DNA of 64,000 bases, from assembly GCA_041749335.1 (NCBI GenBank), contig JBGTBM010000010.1, positions 221,110 through 285,109 on the forward strand, in the 5' to 3' direction. The notes under the pieces were generated by a model. It ran no database searches. It was given only the letters and a program-made list of their open reading frames with translations, and was not told where the DNA came from. Within the stretch, counting starts at the first letter, position 1, and each line of letters begins with the position of its first letter. The position numbers and the translations under genes are program-made. Positions 46,699 to 55,196 of this stretch are shown piece by piece. Origin of the DNA: Patescibacteria group bacterium (GTDB lineage: Bacteria > Patescibacteriota > JABMPQ01).

Positions 46699-48780
46699 TT
46701 AGATATCAAGATTTTTGACATCTTTGGCTCGGCTTTGAATAAACCGGCGGCGCGGTTCCACTTCCGCTCCCATTAGAGTATCAAAAGTTTTATCAGCCTT
46801 TTGCGCTTCTTCTATCTTCACTTGCAGCATAACTCGATTTTCCGGATTCATGGTGGTTTCCCAAAGCTGCGCCGGATTCATTTCTCCCAAACCCTTATAC
46901 CTTTGAATATTTATTTTTGCTCCGCTCTTTACTTCTTTCTTAAATGTTTCCATAATCTCGTTTTTATCCTCTTCGGTGTAGGCATATTGCATCTCTTTGC
47001 CTACTTTAATGCTATACAAAGGCGGTTGAGCGATATATAAATGACCGTCTTCCACCAGCTTTTCAAAATAACGGAAAAATAATGTTAAAAGCAAAGTGCG
47101 GATATGCGCTCCATCAACGTCGGCATCGGTCATAATTATTACGCGATTATAGCGCAGTTTTGTAAGATCCATTTCCTCTCCCACTCCCATGCCCAGAGCG
47201 ATAATCAAAGACTTTATTTCTTTGGAAGATAAAACTTTGTCCAAACGAGCTCTTTCAATATTTAAAATTTTGCCGCGTAAAGGGAATATCGCTTGAAAAC
47301 CACGGTCGCGTCCGCCCTTGGCAGAACCGCCGGCCGAATCTCCCTCCACAATAAAGATCTCGCATTTTTCCGCTTCCTTGGATGAACAATCTGCCAATTT
47401 TCCCGGCAAAGTAAGGCCATCCAGCGCACCCTTTCTGATGACTGTTTCTTTTGCGGCCTTCGCAGCCTTTCTCGCTTTTTGGGCCAGCAGCGTTTTTCCA
47501 ATCATTTGGCGAGCGTCCTGGGGATGTTCCTCCAGAAATTCCGTAAAAGCATCATGCATCAAAGATTGCACTACTGTTCGAACTTCGGCGTTGCCTAATT
47601 TGGCTTTGGTTTGGCCTTCAAATTGTGGATTTCTTAATTTGATGGAAATAATAACCGTTAAACCTTCCCGCACATCGTCTCCGGTCAGATTTTCTTCCTT
47701 GCCCTTAATGTAATCATTTTTACGAGCATAATCATTGATTACACGCGTTAAGGCCGATTTAAATCCCATTAAATGTGTTCCGCCTTCCGGAGTATAAATA
47801 TTATTAGCAAAACTTATCTCAAATCCTTTTATTTCATCGGTATATTGCATCGCGATTTCAACCATAATATCATCCGCTTCCCGCTCCATATAAAAAGGCG
47901 TTTCATGGATAAGATTTTCACCATCATTCAAATGTTTAAGATATGAAACAATTCCTCCGTCAAAATAAAAAGTGAGAATTCTGGGAAATTTTCCCGGCTT
48001 GTCTTCAATTTCTCTTTCATCAATTACTTTTACTCTGACATTTTTGGTTAAATAAGCCTGCTGCCTAATATGGTCGATTATTTTTTTCCAGGAAAATTCA
48101 ATTTTATCAAAAATTTCAGGATCAGGCTCAAAAGTAATAGTTGTGCCTGTTTCCTGCGATCTTTCCCCTTTCTTTACTTTGGTTTTGGGTTTTCCTTTAG
48201 CATATTCCTGCTCAAATTCATAGCCATCTCTTTTCACTTCCGCTTTTAAATAAGAAGATAAAGCGTTAACCACCGAAACACCGACGCCATGTAAGCCGCC
48301 GGCTACCTTATAGCCTACCCCATCAAATTTACCACCGGCGTGTAAAGTCGTAAGGACTGTTTCCAACGCCGATTTTTTCGTTACGCTATGCTTTTCCACC
48401 GGAATACCACGTCCATTATCGCTTACAGTCACGCTGCTATCTTTATGAATAATCACTTCAATATTATTGCAATATCCGGCCATTGCTTCATCGATGGAAT
48501 TATCAACCACTTCCCAGATCAGGTGATGCAGGCCGTCCAAACTGGTACCCCCGATATACATTCCCGGTCTTTTTCTAACCGGATCCAAACCTTCCAGTAC
48601 TGTGATATCTTTGGCAGTATAGGAACCTTCAACTCTGGTGGTCTGTTTTAAGGATAAATTACCCCCGGCTACTATTTTTTTGCCAGCAGCGGGTTTTTTC
48701 CCGGAAGTGTTAATTTTTTTTGCATTTTTGGTATTCTTTTTAGGATTTTCTTTCTTTTTGGAGTTTTTCTTCTTTGGCAT
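46699..48780 (-). CDS. gyrB: DNA gyrase subunit B with about 48-aa lysine-rich N-terminal extension
   Basis: 693 aa; conserved start of the GHKL domain YTAKDITVLEGLDPVRKRPGMYIGGT is preceded by MPKKKNSKKKENPKKNTKNAKKINTSGKKPAAGKK...; Toprim and C-terminal tail present. Confidence 0.95.
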   Translation of the reverse strand: MPKKKNSKKKENPKKNTKNAKKINTSGKKPAAGKKIVAGGNLSLKQTTRVEGSYTAKDITVLEGLDPVRKRPGMYIGGTSLDGLHHLIWEVVDNSIDEAMAGYCNNIEVIIHKDSSVTVSDNGRGIPVEKHSVTKKSALETVLTTLHAGGKFDGVGYKVAGGLHGVGVSVVNALSSYLKAEVKRDGYEFEQEYAKGKPKTKVKKGERSQETGTTITFEPDPEIFDKIEFSWKKIIDHIRQQAYLTKNVRVKVIDEREIEDKPGKFPRILTFYFDGGIVSYLKHLNDGENLIHETPFYMEREADDIMVEIAMQYTDEIKGFEISFANNIYTPEGGTHLMGFKSALTRVINDYARKNDYIKGKEENLTGDDVREGLTVIISIKLRNPQFEGQTKAKLGNAEVRTVVQSLMHDAFTEFLEEHPQDARQMIGKTLLAQKARKAAKAAKETVIRKGALDGLTLPGKLADCSSKEAEKCEIFIVEGDSAGGSAKGGRDRGFQAIFPLRGKILNIERARLDKVLSSKEIKSLIIALGMGVGEEMDLTKLRYNRVIIMTDADVDGAHIRTLLLTLFFRYFEKLVEDGHLYIAQPPLYSIKVGKEMQYAYTEEDKNEIMETFKKEVKSGAKINIQRYKGLGEMNPAQLWETTMNPENRVMLQVKIEEAQKADKTFDTLMGAEVEPRRRFIQSRAKDVKNLDI

Positions 48781-48972
48781 GGTATTTTTAGCTTATTTAA
48801 GGTAAATAATTACAAATATTCGGTATTTGCATATGGTAAAAATATACCATAATCACAATATTATATCAACAATAAAAAAGTGAATTTTACTTGACGGTTT
48901 ATATTAATTCTGTTAATATATTAAATTCTAAATATAGAATGATCTTTAAAAAAGAATGTGAAGGAGAAGCTC

Positions 48973-49911
48973 ATGGAAAAGGCAAGATTGATACTGGTAA
49001 CACACAAGAAACCTGACCTAGATGCAGTCGCATCTCTCTTTTTGTGGCTGATGGCGCATCGGATTCCGTGGGACAGCGGCGAGGATATTTACAAAATGAA
49101 GTTCGTCAATCCGGGTCAAAGGTTAGAGGTTCCCCCCGAAGGAGAAAATATTCGGATTATCCACTTTGATACCGGAAGAATGCATGATGATTACAACTAT
49201 GATCACCATCAGCTAGGGTCGCGTGCGATCTCCGCTACCGGCCTGGTCTGGCAGCGATTCTTCAAACCGGGTGAAAATCCGGCGATCGACGAAATGGTCG
49301 CCGTTATCAATCATTCCGATAACGGTCTTAGATATCATACCGAAGATTTGGGAGCGAGAAATTTATTCGCCTTTGGCTTTATTCTCAGCGGAATTAATAA
49401 GTTTGATCCCCGCGGATCAGACTTCAGCCATACCATGATTACGGGTTTTAGCATGTTGGACGGCTATTTGGCTAACTGCGAAGAAGTGCAAGTCCTCAAT
49501 AATATTACTAACAATATGCCGATTTTCCAAACTTCACTGGGGCAAACCATCGCCCTAGACAATGTGCCGGGGGATTCCTCGGCTATCCGCAGCTATTTGA
49601 AAAAATATTACAACGGCACAAGGGGGCCCTTGGTCAATACCTGCGTGGTAAAATTCTCGGAAGGGTCAATCGGAGTAATTGTCTGCATTGATCCCGGAGA
49701 GGAACAGGATCTTAACGAAGATGCAGGCAATGACAATTACCCCGAAGCAATTTCATTATTTGGAGAAATGAAACGCATTTATAATGAGTTAAAGGATTTG
49801 GATTCCAGTCAAGGCAGTAACATTTACCTTCATTATTCCGGCTTCGCTCTTTACATAAACCGTTCGCAAAAAATAGCCTTGGCGGATGTGCTAAGGCTAA
49901 TCGCAATATAA
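48973..49911 (+). CDS. DHH-superfamily phosphoesterase-like protein (GC-rich, probably horizontally acquired)
   Basis: DHH motifs: LVTHKKPDLDAVAS (I), IHFDTG (II), YDHH (III). Start chosen at ATG 48973 after SD AAGGAG (48961-48966); the track ORF begins at GTG 48958. Local GC about 45-60% versus about 34% for the window. Confidence 0.5.
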   Translation: MEKARLILVTHKKPDLDAVASLFLWLMAHRIPWDSGEDIYKMKFVNPGQRLEVPPEGENIRIIHFDTGRMHDDYNYDHHQLGSRAISATGLVWQRFFKPGENPAIDEMVAVINHSDNGLRYHTEDLGARNLFAFGFILSGINKFDPRGSDFSHTMITGFSMLDGYLANCEEVQVLNNITNNMPIFQTSLGQTIALDNVPGDSSAIRSYLKKYYNGTRGPLVNTCVVKFSEGSIGVIVCIDPGEEQDLNEDAGNDNYPEAISLFGEMKRIYNELKDLDSSQGSNIYLHYSGFALYINRSQKIALADVLRLIAI

Positions 49912-49975
49912 TAATAGGTAGAAATTATTATGAGTTTTCACAAAGACACTAACAAAAGTGTCTTTTTTTTATTAT

Positions 49976-52345
49976 TTAATCGCGCAATTTGGCATCAAAT
50001 CTCTGGAGAATTTTATCTACCACGCGCTGATGAATGTTTTTAACTTCTTTATCTGCCAAAGTTTTATCATCAGAGCGATATTCTAAATGGTAAGCCAGGC
50101 TTTTTTTATTGGCTCCCAGATTTTTACCCACGTAGATATCGAATAATTCCGCACTTCGTAAAAGCGGCCGGCCGGCCTGAATCAGTTCCTGCTCAATTTC
50201 CTGGGCTTTGATTTTTTGGTCAAAAACAAAAGCAACATCCAACATAACCGGAGGATATTTTGGCAGAGGATTATATTTTATATCACGATTGGCTAATTCA
50301 GTTATTTTATTAAGCGATAAATTGAAAAAGGCGATTTCTTTATTTTTGATATTAAAATTTTTCACTACCCGCTGATCAGTTAAAGCCAAGGTGCCTAGCA
50401 GCTCTTCTCCCGCTTTGTACTGCAGGCATTTTCCTTCGGCATACATATTAAAATATTCACAATTCACTTCTTTTTTTAAGGCCATAGTCTGATAATCAAT
50501 ATTTAATTTTTTTAATAAAATATTGATTATGCCTTTGGCTTGATAAAATATTTTTTCATTATCACCCAATAGCGCGGCCGACACGGACTGGCACTCGCAC
50601 TCTTCAAAATAAACATGCCCCATTTCAAAAATCTTTATTTCAGCGATATTTTTAATATTTTTTTCAACCAGATTAAATAAATATGGCAGCAATGAGGTCC
50701 GCAAATATTTAAGCTCCTGGGATATAGGATTTTCCAACTCAATATGATCCCGCGGAGTTAATAAGCACTTGCCCAGCAGCCGCTCGCCATAAAAAGAATA
50801 GTTCATAACTTCGCTCATACCCAGACCCACTAAAATATTTTCAATATGATTTCTCCAATAGATATCACGATCCTGTTCCACCGGTTTAATCGCCCCGGAA
50901 AGATCAATGGGCTTAATATTGCCATAACCGTAAATTCTGGCCACCTCCTCTATCAAATCTTCCTCAATGCCGATATCCATACGATATAAGGGAACTGTTA
51001 CTTTAAATTTTTTACTTCCCACCACCTTAAAATTCAAATTTTGTAAAATCTTTTTAACTTTTTCGGGCTTAATTTCATGGCCGATATATTGATTCAGCTT
51101 ATCAATATCTAAGGTTAACTTCTGTTCTTTTGGCTTCGCTATTTGAGTATCGTAAACCCCGCCGGATAATTCCGCTCCAGCGTATTTAATTAATAATTGT
51201 ATTGCCCTGTTTATGCCCAATTCAGCCAGATATGGACTCAATCCCTTTTCAAATCTAGTTAAAGCTTCAGTCCGCAAAGATAATCTCTGAGCGGTTTTTC
51301 TGACATTAAACGAATTGAAATTAGCCGACTCTAAAATAATTTTTTTGGAATTCTGATCAATTTGAGTTTCTCGCCCGCCCATAATGCCGGCAATGGCGAT
51401 CGCTTTTTGGCCATCCGCTATCACCAGATCACTACCGGATAAGACCCTTGGTTTTTCGTCTATGGTATTTATCTGCTCTTTATTTTTAGCCAATCTCACT
51501 ATAATTTCCTTTTTATCGCCGGATATTTTATCGTAATCGAAAGCATGCAGGGGCTGTCCAAATTCCAACAAAACATAATTGGTTATATCAACAATATTAT
51601 TGATCGGCCTAATCCCGCAAGCTCTCAATCTAGATTGCATCCATTCAGGGGAGTCGGTAATTTTAATATGGCCTAAAACTGCTGCCAGATAGCGCGGACA
51701 TAAAGTTTTGTTTTTTATTTTAATCTTTAAGCTGTCCTTTTTAATTTTTTGTTTAATGTTAGCAACATTGGGAAGGTTTATTTTTAAATTTAATATCGCC
51801 GCCAATTCTCGAGCAATGCCAATATGCCCAAATAAATCCGAACGGTGCGTTAATGATTTATTATCAATTTCCAAAATTTCATCTTCCTCCAAACCAAGAT
51901 GGCGGCCAAAATCCATGCCGATTTTTGCTTGCGTATCCAGTACCATAATTCCCTGTGATTCAGCCTTGAGCCCCAGCTCCTGCTCCGAACAAATCATACC
52001 CTCGGAAATAACTCCCCGAATTTCCGCTTTTTTAATTTTCAAGCCATTCGGCAGCTGCGCGCCGATAACGGCAACCGGAACTTTTTGCCCTTGTTCTAAA
52101 TTATCCGCTCCGCAGACAACGTTTAATATTTTATTTCCAACATCAACTTTTGCGATCGATAAGCGATCGGCATTGGGATGCTTCTCTTTTTTTACAACCT
52201 GCCCAACTACAACTCCGGATAAATTATTATTTATTTTTTCTATGCCTTCCACTTCCGCAATTCCCATAGTAAGCGCATCGGCAATCTCCGTAGAAGTTTT
52301 ATTTATTTTAATATAGTCCGATAGCCAATTTAGAGATATTTTCAT
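49976..52345 (-). CDS. pheT: phenylalanyl-tRNA synthetase beta subunit
   Basis: 789 aa; tRNA-binding, B3/B4, B5 and C-terminal ferredoxin-like domains in canonical order. Confidence 0.95.
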   Translation of the reverse strand: MKISLNWLSDYIKINKTSTEIADALTMGIAEVEGIEKINNNLSGVVVGQVVKKEKHPNADRLSIAKVDVGNKILNVVCGADNLEQGQKVPVAVIGAQLPNGLKIKKAEIRGVISEGMICSEQELGLKAESQGIMVLDTQAKIGMDFGRHLGLEEDEILEIDNKSLTHRSDLFGHIGIARELAAILNLKINLPNVANIKQKIKKDSLKIKIKNKTLCPRYLAAVLGHIKITDSPEWMQSRLRACGIRPINNIVDITNYVLLEFGQPLHAFDYDKISGDKKEIIVRLAKNKEQINTIDEKPRVLSGSDLVIADGQKAIAIAGIMGGRETQIDQNSKKIILESANFNSFNVRKTAQRLSLRTEALTRFEKGLSPYLAELGINRAIQLLIKYAGAELSGGVYDTQIAKPKEQKLTLDIDKLNQYIGHEIKPEKVKKILQNLNFKVVGSKKFKVTVPLYRMDIGIEEDLIEEVARIYGYGNIKPIDLSGAIKPVEQDRDIYWRNHIENILVGLGMSEVMNYSFYGERLLGKCLLTPRDHIELENPISQELKYLRTSLLPYLFNLVEKNIKNIAEIKIFEMGHVYFEECECQSVSAALLGDNEKIFYQAKGIINILLKKLNIDYQTMALKKEVNCEYFNMYAEGKCLQYKAGEELLGTLALTDQRVVKNFNIKNKEIAFFNLSLNKITELANRDIKYNPLPKYPPVMLDVAFVFDQKIKAQEIEQELIQAGRPLLRSAELFDIYVGKNLGANKKSLAYHLEYRSDDKTLADKEVKNIHQRVVDKILQRFDAKLRD

Positions 52346-52351
52346 ATTATA

Positions 52352-52627
52352 TTAACTTAGTATTTTCTTTAAATTATCGATTGCTCCGCCGTTATAAACG
52401 CCCTCAATTCCCTGTAATTTTAAAATTTCTACCGCCTCCCCGCTGCGCACACCGCTATGGCAGTATAAAATAATTGGCTTTTTCATGCGCTCAAATTCAT
52501 CAATTTGATAAATTATATCAGCAAGTGGAATATTAATTGCCCGATTAAGATGATCACTCGCGTATTCCGCTTCAGTTCTCACATCGACCAAGGTGGCCTC
52601 ATTCAGATTTATATCCGCAATTTCCAT
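52352..52627 (-). CDS. single-domain rhodanese-like sulfurtransferase
   Basis: 91 aa; active-site loop YCHSGVRS. Confidence 0.8.
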   Translation of the reverse strand: MEIADINLNEATLVDVRTEAEYASDHLNRAINIPLADIIYQIDEFERMKKPIILYCHSGVRSGEAVEILKLQGIEGVYNGGAIDNLKKILS

Positions 52628-52628
52628 A

Positions 52629-53546
52629 TTATTTTTGTATTCTCGCTAAATATTTAGCAGCCTTAATCAAAGCGATGCATCCCTGGCCGGCGGAAATAAT
52701 ATATTGATATTCATGAACATTGGCAACATCACCGGCTGCAAAAACGCCCGGGACTGAAGTTTGAGTTTGGCAATCGACGATAATATGTTGATGCTTATTT
52801 AGTTCCAATAAATCTTTTACGATCTCAACATTGGGCGTTCTTCCAATTTCAATAAATACGCCATCAACCGCTAAATTATTTTCTTGCTTATTTTTCAAAT
52901 ATGTAATGCCGCTAACAAATTTCTCGCCGGTAATGCCGATAGTTTCCGCCTTATTAATTACTTCAACATTTTTCATCCCTGCCAACCTATCCACTAAATA
53001 TTGAAATGCGGTAAACTGCTCTTCAATATTAATCACAAATATTTTTTGGGCAATATCCTTCATAAAATCCACCGACTCCAAGGCTGAATTACCTCCACCG
53101 ATTATCGCCACTTTTTTCTGGGTATAAAGCGGGCCATCGCAAATGGCGCAATAATGCACGCCCTTGTTAGCAAATTCCGCTTCACCCGGCACATTTAATT
53201 TTTTGGGGCTGGATCCGGTAGCCACAATTACGGTATAGGTGGAATAACTTCCCTTATCCGTTTTTACTGCAAACATTTTCCCCGATTTTTTTACTTGCTC
53301 CACTTTTTCGCCTTCATTAATACTAAAACCATTAAACTCTACCTGCTTTTTTAAAATTGATCTTAACTCTCCGCCCGTGGTTGTGATAATCCCGGGATAA
53401 TTCAAAACCTCTCCGGAAATATTCATCTGACCGCCAAATTCTTCCGCGATTACCAGGAAATTCATTTTTTTTCTCGCAGCATATATTCCAGCGGTAATTC
53501 CCGCAATTCCCGCACCGATTATAATTGTCTCGTAGGGCTTTTGCAT
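52629..53546 (-). CDS. trxB: thioredoxin reductase (low-Mr type)
   Basis: 305 aa; FAD motif IIIGAGIAGITAGIYAA; redox-active CAICDG; NADPH motif. Confidence 0.9.
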   Translation of the reverse strand: MQKPYETIIIGAGIAGITAGIYAARKKMNFLVIAEEFGGQMNISGEVLNYPGIITTTGGELRSILKKQVEFNGFSINEGEKVEQVKKSGKMFAVKTDKGSYSTYTVIVATGSSPKKLNVPGEAEFANKGVHYCAICDGPLYTQKKVAIIGGGNSALESVDFMKDIAQKIFVINIEEQFTAFQYLVDRLAGMKNVEVINKAETIGITGEKFVSGITYLKNKQENNLAVDGVFIEIGRTPNVEIVKDLLELNKHQHIIVDCQTQTSVPGVFAAGDVANVHEYQYIISAGQGCIALIKAAKYLARIQK

Positions 53547-53549
53547 GAA

Positions 53550-54593
53550 CTAAAATTGATTAATAAATCTTAAATCGCCGTCCATAAATAATCTAATATC
53601 GTCTATGCCATATTTCAACATAGCTAAGCGCGACCATCCCATGCCAAAAGCGAAACCGGTATATTTGCCTTGTGGGTATCCGGCCGATTTAAAGACATTG
53701 GGATGAATCATGCCGCATGGTATCAGCTCCACCCATCCGGTTTTTTTACAGACGCTGCATCCCTTGCCATTGCAGATTACACAGCTTGTGTCTAATTCAA
53801 ACCCGGGTTCAACAAAAGGAAAATATCCCGGACGAAGCCTAACCTTCACATCCTTTTTAAATATTTTGCTTAATAATGTTTTTTGCGTTTGAATTAAATT
53901 TGCGATGGAAATATTTTTATCCACGACAAAGCCTTCTATTTGATGAAAGGTGTGCTCATGTGACGCATCAGTCGCTTCGTTCCTAAAAACCCGGCCCGGC
54001 ACAATAACGCGCAGCGGCGGCTGATTATTTTCCATAATCTTAACTTGCATGTTAGAGGTATGCGCCCTCATCACTCTCCGTTTTTTTAATTCAATTTTTT
54101 TAGTTTCATCCTCTTTGATAAAAAAAGTGTCATAGCTGTCCATGGCCGGATGATTTTCCGGAAAGTTAAGCGACAAAAAGTTATAATGCAAATTGGTAAG
54201 CTCATCTCCTTCATAAATCTTGAATCCCATGGAAATAAAAATTTCTTCAACTTCCCTGCGGATTTTAGCCAAGGGGTGATGGTGCCCCTCGGGCATTTTT
54301 TCCGCGGGCAAAGTTTCATCAAAAAATATATTTTTTTCCGGCGGAATATTTTTCAAGCCGGTATTTTTGTTTTTGATTTCTTTTTCAATTTCTGCCCTTA
54401 CAACATTGGCCAAACTGCCAATCGCCTTTTTTTGATCTGCCGGCAAAGAGCTGATCGCACGCAATATCTTATTTAATTTTCCATCCTTTCTCCCTAAAAA
54501 TTCAATCCTCACGGCTTCCAAATCCGCGGTATTTTGGGCTTGAGAAATTTTTTCGATAGCTGCACTTTTTATTTGTTTAATTTTGTCTATCAT
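53550..54593 (-). CDS. pheS: phenylalanyl-tRNA synthetase alpha subunit
   Basis: 347 aa; class II aaRS motifs (FRNEATDASHEHTFHQIEG ... GFAFGMGWSRLAML). Confidence 0.95.
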   Translation of the reverse strand: MIDKIKQIKSAAIEKISQAQNTADLEAVRIEFLGRKDGKLNKILRAISSLPADQKKAIGSLANVVRAEIEKEIKNKNTGLKNIPPEKNIFFDETLPAEKMPEGHHHPLAKIRREVEEIFISMGFKIYEGDELTNLHYNFLSLNFPENHPAMDSYDTFFIKEDETKKIELKKRRVMRAHTSNMQVKIMENNQPPLRVIVPGRVFRNEATDASHEHTFHQIEGFVVDKNISIANLIQTQKTLLSKIFKKDVKVRLRPGYFPFVEPGFELDTSCVICNGKGCSVCKKTGWVELIPCGMIHPNVFKSAGYPQGKYTGFAFGMGWSRLAMLKYGIDDIRLFMDGDLRFINQF

Positions 54594-54599
54594 AGATTT

Positions 54600-54977
54600 T
54601 TATCTACTTAGAAAGTAAAATTCCAATAAAGCAACCGAGGCAATAAATAATGCCCCGTCCCACCAAGTCAATAGCCTGAAGGATTGTAAAAACAAAGATC
54701 CCGTTAGTATTAAAGATAATAATATCCCCTGGCGGAAAGCCGGCCCGACATGGGCGAAAAGTATTTCATTTTTAGAAAACCAGACTCGCATATAAAAACC
54801 GACTAAAGTCAAAAGGCCGATTAAAGCAAAAAATAAACTGACATAAAAGGCCGCCAAACCGACAAAACCGGTAGTTTGAGGATCTACATAATAAAGGATC
54901 ATCCCCCATGATATCCAGCAAAATACGGTGGAAACCATCATACCTAACAAATATTTTTTTAAAGTCATATTTTTCAT
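54600..54977 (-). CDS. hypothetical 4-TM membrane protein
   Basis: 125 aa, four hydrophobic helices; no motif recognised. Confidence 0.45.
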   Translation of the reverse strand: MKNMTLKKYLLGMMVSTVFCWISWGMILYYVDPQTTGFVGLAAFYVSLFFALIGLLTLVGFYMRVWFSKNEILFAHVGPAFRQGILLSLILTGSLFLQSFRLLTWWDGALFIASVALLEFYFLSR

Positions 54978-55196
54978 TAAAACAAAACATCATGAAAACA
55001 TCAAAATACTTACACCATTTGTTTTCATATTATTTTGTCATTTTGTTTTCATGTTAATATTACACTTTTTTAGAGTGGGAGTAAAGTCGGTTATTATTAT
55101 AAAAAGCTAGGTTGAGCGCACCCAATTAGGAGGGTAACGGGGCGTTTCACCTAGCTTCAAATTATTTTAATATTTTTATCGCTAGTGTCAATAATT

